This document shows, one piece after another, positions 1 through 8,962 of a stretch of 64,000 bases of DNA. The position numbers were made by a program, and so were the translations under genes. Every line of letters starts with the position of its first letter. The stretch's first letter is position 1. Under the pieces are notes generated by a model that was given only the letters and a program-made list of their open reading frames with translations, did not search any database and was not told where the DNA came from. Source of the stretch: a virus (lineage: Duplodnaviria > Caudoviricetes). Location of the stretch: the IMG/VR virus record IMGVR_UViG_3300042477_000769; one strand, written 5' to 3'.

Positions 1-32
1 ATTTAAATTTTGAAAAATTCTTTATTCAAGGG

Positions 33-998
33 GTGTTTTTAATTAAATGCAAAGGTTTTGAATTTATTCATGCTGCCTTATTTCATAAGGGAAATCAAAA
101 TGAAGACGAAGTAAGTTTCTTTGTTCTGGTTTCTGATAATAATTATGAAAATTATCTTTCTTTTAGAAATTCTTTTGAAGAGTGGATTGTTCAAAGAGAT
201 AGAAGTAATTTGCATATCAAGGTCATTGATGGGAATGATATTCCATATACTAAAGATTCTTCTTGGGAAGAATTATATTTACCCAATGAATTAAAAACAG
301 AAATAAAAGAATTAGTAGAAAACTTCTTATCTTCACAAGAGTTTTATCAAAAATCTAAAATTCCATGGAAACGCGGAATTCTGTTGTTTGGGCAACCAGG
401 TAATGGAAAAACTTCTATTATTAGAACCATCATGTCAGAATATAATTTTAAGCCGATTACTTTTATGCCCGGAGCCTCAGCCGAGGCGATGAGAGAGGCT
501 TTCTCTTATGCGGAAGAGCAAAGCCCTTCCCTTTTATATATTGAAGATTTAGATTCATTAATTGAATCTGGTTTAGATATTTCTACTTTTCTTAACTTAT
601 TAGATGGAATTTCAGCTAAAAATGGACTATTAGTGATTGCGACGGCTAATAATATTAATAAATTACAATCCAATATTACTAGTCGACCCTCAAGATTTGA
701 TAGAAAATTTGAGATTCCATTGCCAAATGAAAAAATGGCTTATATATATCTTAAAAGATGGTTTGGTAACCTCATCACTCCTAAAAAGTGTGAGGATTTA
801 GCTAATCAGGCAGTTAAATATGAATTATCTTATGCTTACTTAAAAGACTTATATGTATCTTCCATGTTCGAAGCTTTATCTCACAATCGAAAAAAACCTA
901 GTGCTAAAGATATTGATAATACTTTAGTACGGTTAGTAAAAGATAAAAATATGATGAATAATGGAACTACAATTAGTACGGATAAATATTTTAAATGA
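33..998 (+). CDS. AAA+ ATPase (FtsH/Cdc48-type AAA module, no protease domain); 5' partial, frame is open to the window edge
   Basis: Walker A GQPGNGKT, Walker B LLYIED, second region of homology SRPSRFDRKF; no stop codon in frame from position 3 to 33. Confidence 0.9.
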   Translation: MFLIKCKGFEFIHAALFHKGNQNEDEVSFFVLVSDNNYENYLSFRNSFEEWIVQRDRSNLHIKVIDGNDIPYTKDSSWEELYLPNELKTEIKELVENFLSSQEFYQKSKIPWKRGILLFGQPGNGKTSIIRTIMSEYNFKPITFMPGASAEAMREAFSYAEEQSPSLLYIEDLDSLIESGLDISTFLNLLDGISAKNGLLVIATANNINKLQSNITSRPSRFDRKFEIPLPNEKMAYIYLKRWFGNLITPKKCEDLANQAVKYELSYAYLKDLYVSSMFEALSHNRKKPSAKDIDNTLVRLVKDKNMMNNGTTISTDKYFK

Positions 999-1021
999 AG
1001 GTTAAAACGGGTTATTGATAT

Positions 1022-1384
1022 ATGAAAGATAATAATAAAAATAACAGGAGAAATTCCTCGAAAAAGGCATCGAAAGGGGGTGAATCTAGCCAGATCTTAG
1101 TCAACGATCAATTCGCACACATTGAAGCTGTGCAAGCTCAACCTTTAGAGGTTAAAGTTTATAATAATAACTTTGATAAAGCGCTTAAAGCTTTCCGAGC
1201 CTTAGTTCAAAAAGAAAGAGTACTCTCCGATTTTAAAGAAAAACAAACTTACGAAAAGCCCTCTGATAGACGTCGGAGAAAACGTAATGAAGCCAAAAGA
1301 AAGAAACATGAGTCAACTTTCAAAAATACTACTAAAAGTAGTAAATATCGGCCTCAAAAAAACTCTGACTCTAATCAAAGTTAG
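1022..1384 (+). CDS. rpsU: 30S ribosomal protein bS21 with N- and C-terminal extensions
   Basis: Core EVKVYNNNFDKALKAFRALVQKERVLSDFKEKQTYEKPSDRRRRKRNEAKRK matches the bS21 pattern (V..n..dkAL..F..........y.EKPS.rRrrk). Confidence 0.85.
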   Translation: MKDNNKNNRRNSSKKASKGGESSQILVNDQFAHIEAVQAQPLEVKVYNNNFDKALKAFRALVQKERVLSDFKEKQTYEKPSDRRRRKRNEAKRKKHESTFKNTTKSSKYRPQKNSDSNQS

Positions 1385-1389
1385 GTAAT

Positions 1390-2028
1390 ATGTCAAACAT
1401 TGGAAAAATTAAGGTTTATAAAAATAAAGCTAGAGAAGTTCCTGAAAAGTTTATAGCTTATGTTCCTCAATATCAAGCATTAGGTATTGAGCCTCATGAA
1501 TATAAATCCCCCAATATGGGGACAGAAACATATCTAACGGTTAAAAAAACAACATCAGAACAAAAACCCCCTGTCATGGTAAGACAACCCTATGCAGAAG
1601 CAGTGCCTTCTCCAGTAGGGAGAGGTCGCGGTCCGTTGCCTAACATTGGAAACAATGTGGAGCAATCCTGGTCAGGAGTGGATGAAGAATTAATAGATGA
1701 TGTTTCTTTAGACCCTAATCATCCAATGATAGACAATAATGAATACGTTTCTAATAAGGCGTTAGGACTGCCGCCTTCATTAGAATCTCCTGCTAAGCCA
1801 GCTGAACATAATTCTCCATTAATGGAAACTCTTCAAGATTTAGAAGAAGATAATTATATTTTATTTTTGAAAAATTCACCTTTATGCTCAGGACCATTAG
1901 AGTATGTGCAAGAACAAACTACTGCTTTAGTGTTTGGAGAACATGAATCTTTCAAAAATACTCTTTTTTCATTAGATGATATTTTAGTATTCAAACGAAT
2001 AAAATTAAAAGTCGGAGTATTTCTCTAA
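1390..2028 (+). CDS. hypothetical protein
   Basis: 212-aa ORF, tightly packed in the operon. Confidence 0.7.
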   Translation: MSNIGKIKVYKNKAREVPEKFIAYVPQYQALGIEPHEYKSPNMGTETYLTVKKTTSEQKPPVMVRQPYAEAVPSPVGRGRGPLPNIGNNVEQSWSGVDEELIDDVSLDPNHPMIDNNEYVSNKALGLPPSLESPAKPAEHNSPLMETLQDLEEDNYILFLKNSPLCSGPLEYVQEQTTALVFGEHESFKNTLFSLDDILVFKRIKLKVGVFL

Positions 2029-2041
2029 TATCCGATCAGAG

Positions 2042-2833
2042 GTGAATGTGGAACAACGCAAAGCGTCAGAAGTTCTTCTAGAATTAGAAGCTAAAGTGAA
2101 TGCTATTCTAGATATTATTAGAACTCAAGATTTAAATAATAAGATTATTTCTAATAAATTGAACTCTACTATTCAATTATTAGAGAAATTAAATTCTGCA
2201 CCACCTGCACCTCCTAAAATTGAAGCAATTAATACTTTACCCACATCCACACACACACCTGCGCCTACGTCTTTTTCTGAGCGTGAAATACCTATTTCGG
2301 CCGAAAATAAAATCTCGGTAGAAGAGGCGCCTAAAGGTTTTAGAAGAAATTCTCGACCAGAAACTTTTGCTGGTGATGATTCTTTCTTACCAGAAAATAA
2401 TAAATATCCAGTACAAGTGCCCAAAATGTCCAACCAGCCTCCTCCAGGGAGGGCCGTAGAAGAAGTATCTGTTCCTAAAAAAACAGTTAAAAACTCTAAA
2501 AATTTATCAGAAAATACTACAGAATCAGTAGTATTAAATTCAGAAAATTTAAATGCAGTTCCAGTCTCTCAACGAGTAGTTAATGCTCATGGGAAATCAT
2601 TATTTTTAGCAGATGTGGAAGTTATTGACTTAAAAAGCATGCAATCAGTTTCTAAGACTAGAACTAATGGTACAGGAAAATGGTCAGCCTCTTTGCCTGT
2701 AGGGAATTATAGAGTTTTTATTAGAAAATTAGATTCTGCTACTAAAGAAAAATTGGAAGTAAAACAAGATATTGTAGTAGATGGTCAACAATCTCCATTA
2801 GAATTATCAGTAATTATTATTAAATCTCAGTAA
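2042..2833 (+). CDS. hypothetical protein: N-terminal coiled coil, Pro-rich linker, C-terminal carboxypeptidase-regulatory-like beta-sandwich
   Basis: C-terminal KTRTNGTGKWSASLPVGNYRVFI resembles the T..dG.f...l..G.Y.v pattern of prealbumin-like/SdrD-B folds. Confidence 0.55.
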   Translation: MNVEQRKASEVLLELEAKVNAILDIIRTQDLNNKIISNKLNSTIQLLEKLNSAPPAPPKIEAINTLPTSTHTPAPTSFSEREIPISAENKISVEEAPKGFRRNSRPETFAGDDSFLPENNKYPVQVPKMSNQPPPGRAVEEVSVPKKTVKNSKNLSENTTESVVLNSENLNAVPVSQRVVNAHGKSLFLADVEVIDLKSMQSVSKTRTNGTGKWSASLPVGNYRVFIRKLDSATKEKLEVKQDIVVDGQQSPLELSVIIIKSQ

Positions 2834-2839
2834 ACTGCT

Positions 2840-2865
2840 ACTGCCTTTATGGCAGTGACTTTTTT
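2840..2865 (+). terminator. possible intrinsic terminator
   Basis: ACTGCC-tttat-GGCAGT stem followed by gacTTTTTT, just after the stop at 2833. Confidence 0.45.
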
Positions 2866-2914
2866 AGGCCATAGATAAGGCTATGGGTATTCTGGCGAAG
2901 AAGTTATAAACTAT

Positions 2915-3181
2915 ATGGAATCTTTAATTGAATCCTTAATTAATCTTTCGGAAGAAGAACAACAAAACTTTCCATTTAAAGTGGGTGATCATTGTATAAT
3001 TAATGACTGTAAGCTATTTCACCCAGGCTTAGTAAATCAGAAGGCTATTGTAGTAAAAATTGGAAAATTACCATTTGATTTTATTAAAGTTGCTAGAATA
3101 ATAGCGGAACAACATACAGTTCCAGGCTATACTAGTTGTTTTGAGTGGGATATTGTTCCAGAGTTATTAACTCATATTTAG
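2915..3181 (+). CDS. hypothetical protein
   Basis: 88-aa ORF; FKVGD motif suggests an SH3-like barrel. Confidence 0.55.
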   Translation: MESLIESLINLSEEEQQNFPFKVGDHCIINDCKLFHPGLVNQKAIVVKIGKLPFDFIKVARIIAEQHTVPGYTSCFEWDIVPELLTHI

Positions 3182-3192
3182 TAAAGGCTATT

Positions 3193-3840
3193 ATGCAAAA
3201 ATTTAAAGTTATTGTAGCTGATCCGCCATGGTCTTTTAAAGATACATTAAAAATGTCTGATGTTAAAAGAAGCGCGGAAGCTAATTATCAGATCATGTCA
3301 TTACATAATATAAAAACTTTACCGATTCATGAGTTAATAGATTCGGAAGGAGCTATTTTAGCGTTATGGGTACCCTCTTCCTTGTTAAAGGAAGGATTAG
3401 AAACTATGGAAGCTTGGGGGTTTCAACAAAAGCAAACTTATATTTGGGTAAAAACAAAAAAGCATCCTTTTAAAGATTTTTTAAAATCAAAAGATAAATT
3501 AACAGATTTAATGAAGGTGCCGTTATCCATTATTAATGGATTATTAGCTTTTGGTATGGGTCGCTTATTTAGGCAAACTCATGAAATTTGCTTAGTTGGC
3601 ACTAGTAACAATAAAATATACCAACAATTACAGAATAAATCTCAACGCTCTGTTAGTTTAGCTCCTAATTTAAAACATTCAGCTAAGCCGGAAGCTTTGC
3701 AAGATTCATTAGAGATGATGTTTCCTAATGCTAATAAATTAGAATTATTCGCTCGACGTCAACGCCCTAATTGGACATGTCTTGGTAATGAAGTATGTCA
3801 AGGAGAAGATATTCGAGATTCCTTAATTAAATTAAAATAA
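3193..3840 (+). CDS. MT-A70 family N6-adenine methyltransferase
   Basis: VIVADPPW catalytic motif, LALWV, WGF..KQTYIWVK, HSAKP, LELFARR; start moved to ATG at 3193 to avoid a long overlap. Confidence 0.9.
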   Translation: MQKFKVIVADPPWSFKDTLKMSDVKRSAEANYQIMSLHNIKTLPIHELIDSEGAILALWVPSSLLKEGLETMEAWGFQQKQTYIWVKTKKHPFKDFLKSKDKLTDLMKVPLSIINGLLAFGMGRLFRQTHEICLVGTSNNKIYQQLQNKSQRSVSLAPNLKHSAKPEALQDSLEMMFPNANKLELFARRQRPNWTCLGNEVCQGEDIRDSLIKLK

Positions 3841-3852
3841 TTGGCTTGACCT

Positions 3853-5110
3853 GTCAATTACCACCAGCACAAGGCTGGTGGCTTGTAAGTAGCATCGCTG
3901 CTCCTACCATAGGCTGATTGACTTCAGCCCCATGGGACAGCTGATAGCTATCCCATGCTCGTCTGCTAATATTTCTACTAGCATTTAAGTCTGCATTTAG
4001 TTTAAAACTACATCCTTGACAACAAAAACTAACCTGAGTCTTCCTGTTTTTCTTATCAACATAACCGCATTTACTGCACTGTTGACTCGTATAAGCAGGA
4101 TTAACATGTACTACTTGTATGCCTTTAGCTTGACCTTTATAAATCAGAAATTGTTCTAATTGATAATAATTCCAACTATTCAAGGCTGATCTCTGAGGTT
4201 TTCTAACTTTTTGCCGTCTAATACCATTTAATTTTTCTAGTACTAGAGTGTCACCTGGATTTAAACTACTGATAATCTGTTTACTAATTTGATGGTTAAT
4301 GTCTGCTTTAAACCGTTTTTCTTTACCTGAAAGGTATTTAAGATGCCTTTTAGCAGATTGACTTCCACTTTGTTGTAATTTTCTTCTTAATGTTTTGTAC
4401 TTGTGACATATTGACTTAAGTTTACTTCCACAATAAAACTTATTATCTGAGGTAACCGCTAACTTTTTGATACCGCGATCAACTCCTAAAAATTTACCAT
4501 TAACCTTTATCTCTTCTTTCTCTTTCTCAAAAGAAACATGTAGGTAAACTTGGCCTTTTCTAATCAGAAGATCGGAGCTGGTGTATTTCCAATCAGTAAA
4601 GTAATGCTGATAATATCTAGGAATATCTAGCTTAATTTTCTTTCTACCAGAAAGCGTTAAAATAGATACTATTCCTTTGCGAATAGAATAGTTATTACAA
4701 TCTAGTCGAATCGCAGTTAATTTAGACTGCGGACATTTGCTATACTTATTTTTACTCTTAATACTTTTAAGAGCTTCTGCGGCTTTAGTTCTAGCAGAAA
4801 TAGCTAATTGAGACGGTAAGTTAAAGTTAGTTCGACACTCTTGGTAGGTTAATTTATGCAGTTTAATAGAGTTGGTTATTTTTTTTTGATACCCTACTTG
4901 ACACACCAGGTTAAAAGCAGCGGTATAAGCTTGCAGTGAAGGTAGAATTTCTTCTACCTTGACATCAAGTTTTAATTTGACCGTTCTATTTAACCTCATA
5001 TATAGTGATATATCTATTAATATAGAAAGTTTTATGTAAACGAAAATTTATTTAGATAACAGAAAGGGGATGCAATTCCTCCCACAGCACAAGGCTGAGG
5101 GTGTCCTTGC
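3853..5110 (-). mobile_element. IS200/IS605-family element carrying tnpB only (IS1341-like, non-autonomous)
   Basis: Subterminal hairpins with the same loop at both ends: CCACCAGC-acaag-GCTGGTGG (3861-3881) and CCCACAGC-acaag-GCTGAGGG (5081-5101); only large gene on the minus strand; exact ends inferred. Confidence 0.85.
3854..4999 (-). CDS. tnpB: TnpB RNA-guided endonuclease
   Basis: RuvC-I LGVDRG, RuvC-II LVLEKL, zinc finger CSKC/CQGC, RuvC-III NADLNASRNI; 381 aa. Confidence 0.95.
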   Translation of the reverse strand: MRLNRTVKLKLDVKVEEILPSLQAYTAAFNLVCQVGYQKKITNSIKLHKLTYQECRTNFNLPSQLAISARTKAAEALKSIKSKNKYSKCPQSKLTAIRLDCNNYSIRKGIVSILTLSGRKKIKLDIPRYYQHYFTDWKYTSSDLLIRKGQVYLHVSFEKEKEEIKVNGKFLGVDRGIKKLAVTSDNKFYCGSKLKSICHKYKTLRRKLQQSGSQSAKRHLKYLSGKEKRFKADINHQISKQIISSLNPGDTLVLEKLNGIRRQKVRKPQRSALNSWNYYQLEQFLIYKGQAKGIQVVHVNPAYTSQQCSKCGYVDKKNRKTQVSFCCQGCSFKLNADLNASRNISRRAWDSYQLSHGAEVNQPMVGAAMLLTSHQPCAGGN

Positions 5111-5119
5111 CTAAAGATC

Positions 5120-5632
5120 ATGAGTAAAAAAACGTTACTATTAAATGCTTCGTATGAAGTATTATGTTTTATTCCAGAAAGAAAAGTTTGTAAACTTATC
5201 ATTAAAGATAAAGTGGAAGTTATTTCTGACTGGGATGATTATATCATTTGGGGTAAAGGAAAAGTTAGACACCCATCTATTTTACGATTAAAAACACATA
5301 TTAGAAGAAACTTTTTTAATTCTAATTTTAGTCGTAAAGCTCTGATTAAAAGAGATAAAAGTACTTGCCAATATTGTAGTAAAAAATTACCTGCGTCTCA
5401 AATAACTATTGACCATGTCCTTCCTCGGGCGCAAGGTGGTATTACTTCATTTACTAATTGTGTAGTATGTTGTCATACATGCAACAATAAAAAGGCTGAT
5501 AAAACTCCAGAACAAGCTAATATGGTGCTTTTAAAAAAGCCAACTCACCCTTCTTTTGCGACACATAATTATGTGTCAGACCCTCAAGAATATTGGCACC
5601 ATGATTGGGATGATTTCTTAGGATATAGCTGA
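5120..5632 (+). CDS. HNH endonuclease (McrA/HNH_5-like)
   Basis: RDKSTCQYC...TIDHVLPRAQGG..SFTNCVVCCHTCNNKK. Confidence 0.9.
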   Translation: MSKKTLLLNASYEVLCFIPERKVCKLIIKDKVEVISDWDDYIIWGKGKVRHPSILRLKTHIRRNFFNSNFSRKALIKRDKSTCQYCSKKLPASQITIDHVLPRAQGGITSFTNCVVCCHTCNNKKADKTPEQANMVLLKKPTHPSFATHNYVSDPQEYWHHDWDDFLGYS

Positions 5633-5691
5633 AAAATTTAGATCATGCAATAATCCTATATACCTATACACCTAGATATATAGGATAAACT

Positions 5692-5937
5692 ATGATTAAA
5701 GAAAACTGTAATTGCATTGTGTGTGCTAAAGAGTTTGATCCAAACTTATTACATAGTGTCGCATTATCTGCGATTAACGCTACTAATTTTAAAGTTTGCC
5801 AAGCCTGCTTGGATAGTTCTGATCCTGCTGAAGATTATCAACAGGTTAGAGAAATTGTCTTTTCATATTTAAAATATGCGACTGCTAAAAATTTGTTTAG
5901 TGATGTCCATTCTATTCTGGAATCTAGAAAAAAATAA
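5692..5937 (+). CDS. small CxxC zinc-ribbon protein
   Basis: CIVC and CQAC pairs. Confidence 0.6.
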   Translation: MIKENCNCIVCAKEFDPNLLHSVALSAINATNFKVCQACLDSSDPAEDYQQVREIVFSYLKYATAKNLFSDVHSILESRKK

Positions 5938-6096
5938 TTAGAAAATATCGATAATAATAACAGACGTGTTTTCTTTATTTTCTTTGGGAGGTGGAGGGAC
6001 TAAGGGCTGTTCCATTTCAATATATAATGGAAGAGGTTCAAAGTTATCTTTCTTTTTCTTTTCTTTTTTATGAATAAATGGATAAAAAGGGCTCAT
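5938..6096 (-). CDS. 52-aa hypothetical protein missed by the ORF track (MSPFYPFIHKKEKKKKDNFEPLPLYIEMEQPLVPPPPKENKENTSVIIIDIF)
   Basis: Minus-strand ATG at 6096 preceded by GAGGTGG; fills the whole intergenic gap; TAA at 5938-5940. Confidence 0.7.
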   Translation of the reverse strand: MSPFYPFIHKKEKKKKDNFEPLPLYIEMEQPLVPPPPKENKENTSVIIIDIF

Positions 6097-6143
6097 TATG
6101 CCACCTCTAATAATATGCCGGAATAAGCATAAAGGAAAAAAAT

Positions 6144-6347
6144 ATGTTATGTTCTAGCTGTGCTAAATTAGCTTATATCCCGACTCAAAAAAAATGTATT
6201 CGTTGTCAAGGCGCTGTCGCCATTAGTATAGCTATTTTATGTGATTTTTGCTCAAATACTGAAAAAAAATGTGCAGTATGCATTAAAAAAATAATAACCG
6301 AAGCTGAAAGACAAGCTAAACGTGGCTGTAATTGTGGTGGAAAGTAG
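6144..6347 (+). CDS. Cys-rich small protein
   Basis: Four CxxC pairs plus CNC in 67 aa; AAAGGA upstream. Confidence 0.65.
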   Translation: MLCSSCAKLAYIPTQKKCIRCQGAVAISIAILCDFCSNTEKKCAVCIKKIITEAERQAKRGCNCGGK

Positions 6348-6362
6348 TTATATAGGAAAGTA

Positions 6363-6797
6363 ATGATTATTACCAATAATGAAGATGCTTTGCGCGTTAC
6401 TTGCGAAGAAGTAAAATTAGAAGAAGTTAATGAATTAATTTCTACTTTGGAAAATGAACTAAGCTATGCCAATAACTTAGGAAAAGGCGGAATTGGATTG
6501 GCGGCCCCTCAAATTGGAATAGCTAAAAAAATTGCTATTATTAGATTGCCCAATATGTCGTTAAATTTAATTAACTGTCATATTGATCAAGGTTATGATT
6601 TGTCCCTCTTTAAAGAAGAGGGCTGTTTGTCTTTTCCAGGACGAGTAGAAAATACGATGAGATTTCAAGAGGTTCATATTTCAAATAATTTAACCTATCC
6701 ATATAAATTTATCGCTCAAGGATTAATTTCTGTCGTATGTCAACATGAGTTAGATCATCTAGGATCTACTTTATTTATGGATCGTAAAGCCAAATAA
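6363..6797 (+). CDS. def: peptide deformylase
   Basis: All three motifs present: GIGLAAPQIG, EGCLS, QHELDH. Confidence 0.95.
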   Translation: MIITNNEDALRVTCEEVKLEEVNELISTLENELSYANNLGKGGIGLAAPQIGIAKKIAIIRLPNMSLNLINCHIDQGYDLSLFKEEGCLSFPGRVENTMRFQEVHISNNLTYPYKFIAQGLISVVCQHELDHLGSTLFMDRKAK

Positions 6798-6819
6798 ATT
6801 ATTAGCAGTTAGGATAATT

Positions 6820-7065
6820 ATGGATAAAAAAAATATGGTAGAATTAACTAATGACATGTTAATTGCTGATCTACTGATGAGAGTTAAGTGCATAGAAAAT
6901 CTCCTAATAGCTAAAGGAGTCTTTTCTAAAGAAGAATTACTCGCAGAAATGGAAGTAGTTGCTAAACAGATTGCTAAATCTGTATTAGAAAAAGCTGGCG
7001 TTTCTAATGAAAATGTAGAAAATTTATTACAAGTTTTTTCTCAAAATAAACCTACTGGAAATTAG
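6820..7065 (+). CDS. hypothetical protein
   Basis: 81-aa ORF, AGGA upstream. Confidence 0.65.
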   Translation: MDKKNMVELTNDMLIADLLMRVKCIENLLIAKGVFSKEELLAEMEVVAKQIAKSVLEKAGVSNENVENLLQVFSQNKPTGN

Positions 7066-7066
7066 T

Positions 7067-7384
7067 ATGTTTTTTCTTCTTGAAGAAAATGACTTTAAAA
7101 TCCAAAATGGAAGACAAGCCTTGTATTTTTATTCTACTTGGATGCCGTTTCATAAGAAAATGAATTCCATGATTTCAAAAATAGAACAAAAATATAAAGA
7201 TATTTCCTTTTGCGCTATAGATGTAGATCTGTTTAAGTCTCTGACTAAAAGATTTAGCGTAACCTCTATTCCAACTGTGATAATTCTTGTCAATGGTATC
7301 GAGAAAAAAAGGATTACCGGAATAGTAATGACAAGTGCTTTTAAAAGTATGTTTGCTGATATATGTAATACTAATATGGAGTAA
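7067..7384 (+). CDS. thioredoxin-fold protein lacking CxxC
   Basis: LYFYSTW.., IDVD, cis-Pro loop VTSIPT, KRITG; the WCxxC position reads WMPFH. Confidence 0.75.
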   Translation: MFFLLEENDFKIQNGRQALYFYSTWMPFHKKMNSMISKIEQKYKDISFCAIDVDLFKSLTKRFSVTSIPTVIILVNGIEKKRITGIVMTSAFKSMFADICNTNME

Positions 7385-7386
7385 TT

Positions 7387-7713
7387 ATGAATAAAAAGAA
7401 AATTGTTAGAGAACCAACCTTAGCCGAATTAGCCGCTCAACAACAACAAGAGAATGATGCTGATATGGCTTCTAAAATGGAAAATACTGTAGCTGGAGAA
7501 ATTTGGAATGAAATTAAAGATTTAAAAATTGAAATGTTCTCATTACCCAATCAATTTGTGCATATGCACTGTCATCCAGTAATGATTGAGCCCTCTAAAT
7601 TGTATTTAACTGTTAATTCTTCTGCCGTGCTGCCCTCATTAGAGGTGGCAGTGGGCAGTAAATTTACTGCCGATTTAGAAGGTAAATTTGTGACGGTAGC
7701 TCGAAATAAATGA
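7387..7713 (+). CDS. hypothetical protein
   Basis: 108-aa ORF, GGAG upstream. Confidence 0.65.
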   Translation: MNKKKIVREPTLAELAAQQQQENDADMASKMENTVAGEIWNEIKDLKIEMFSLPNQFVHMHCHPVMIEPSKLYLTVNSSAVLPSLEVAVGSKFTADLEGKFVTVARNK

Positions 7714-7719
7714 GGCCTT

Positions 7720-8157
7720 ATGTCATTTGACGATCATGATGAACAGCCATCACTCCAATCACAAAAGATTGGACTTAAAAAAGTTAGCACTCAACAGTCT
7801 ATTTTTGACTCTATTCCTAAAAAACCGAGTCAAGAAGAGTTTACACAAGGAGTGCAAAGAGTGCAGGAAAAAGCATCGGCATCTAAACGCCGAGCAGCGG
7901 ATTTAGCAGTCAAATTTTATAATATGATGTCAGATAAGACTTTACCGCAAAATAAGAATCAATTCCAAAAAGATTTGGAAATTGAATTATTGAAAGATAT
8001 GGTGAACTTTGCTTCGGACATTAATACTGATCCGAATGAAAAAGAAGGCATGGGATCTATCAGTTTAATTGCATTAATGTTGAAAAACGCCATCTCTCAA
8101 AGAGATAGAATAAATAACTTGGAATTTCTAATTTCTAAATTAGAAAAAAACAAATAA
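7720..8157 (+). CDS. hypothetical protein
   Basis: 145-aa ORF, GAGG upstream. Confidence 0.65.
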   Translation: MSFDDHDEQPSLQSQKIGLKKVSTQQSIFDSIPKKPSQEEFTQGVQRVQEKASASKRRAADLAVKFYNMMSDKTLPQNKNQFQKDLEIELLKDMVNFASDINTDPNEKEGMGSISLIALMLKNAISQRDRINNLEFLISKLEKNK

Positions 8158-8195
8158 TTATTTAAGATAAGGGCGGACTTGACATTATTTGACTA

Positions 8196-8393
8196 ATGGA
8201 TAAATTACCCATGATTACTAAAGAATACCTATTATCTCTAATTTCTGAAGAAAAAGAAAAATTTAGTAAATATTCTCAATCATGCACAAATTATCAAATA
8301 ATCATCGATCCACTGGCTACAGCCAGACATCAGGGCAAATTGGAAATACTTCAGCTTTTACTTCTCAAGGAGAAAGTTTTATCCAAAACTTAA
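8196..8393 (+). CDS. hypothetical protein
   Basis: 65-aa ORF overlapping the next ORF; the true start of one of the two is uncertain. Confidence 0.45.
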   Translation: MDKLPMITKEYLLSLISEEKEKFSKYSQSCTNYQIIIDPLATARHQGKLEILQLLLLKEKVLSKT

Positions 8394-8914
8394 TCATTCA
8401 AGCTAACTCTATTCCTCTAAATAATTTATTTAATTTCTATAAAATATCCATTAATCCAGTTACTAAAATGACGGTATGTCCTTTTAAATCCCATAAGGGA
8501 GGAAGAGAACAGACGCCGTCATTTAAATATTATGCCCATTCTAATTCCTTTAATTGTTTTGGGTGTAAAATTGGTGGAGGAGGCTGCCAATTAGTAATGA
8601 ATTTAGAAAATTGTTCTAAAATTCAGGCAGCAGAAAAAATTATGGCTAGGTGGGGAGAGGACTGCACTAATGATGGTGATGTTTTTAACGCCTATTCCTA
8701 TCAAAATCAAGAAGAAAGATTTAAATTATTATTGAAATTTTCTCAAATTATGAGAGACTTCTATTCGGTATATCAAACGCCATGCGCTCTAGCGCATATG
8801 GAACAAGCCTGTCAAAAATTTGATTCTTTATTCTTTAAAAGAAATTTAAGCGATGAAGCAATCACTCGAATAATTGAACAGATGCAGATTCATTTGTCTT
8901 ATTTCAAACCTTAA
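8282..8914 (+). CDS. stand-alone CHC2 zinc-finger protein (DnaG zinc-binding domain) with helical tail
   Basis: CPFKSH...QTPSF......FNCFGCKIGG; no Toprim domain. Confidence 0.85.
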   Translation: MHKLSNNHRSTGYSQTSGQIGNTSAFTSQGESFIQNLIIQANSIPLNNLFNFYKISINPVTKMTVCPFKSHKGGREQTPSFKYYAHSNSFNCFGCKIGGGGCQLVMNLENCSKIQAAEKIMARWGEDCTNDGDVFNAYSYQNQEERFKLLLKFSQIMRDFYSVYQTPCALAHMEQACQKFDSLFFKRNLSDEAITRIIEQMQIHLSYFKP

Positions 8915-8915
8915 A

Positions 8916-8950
8916 GTGAACTACCACTACCATAAAAGTAGTGGCTTCTT
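8916..8950. mobile_element. solo IS200/IS605-type end (hairpin remnant)
   Basis: GTGAACTACCACTAC-cataaaa-GTAGTGGCTT parallels the element end at 3853 (GTCAATTACCAC...GTGGCTT). Confidence 0.5.
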
Positions 8951-8962
8951 AGGAAGAGAATT

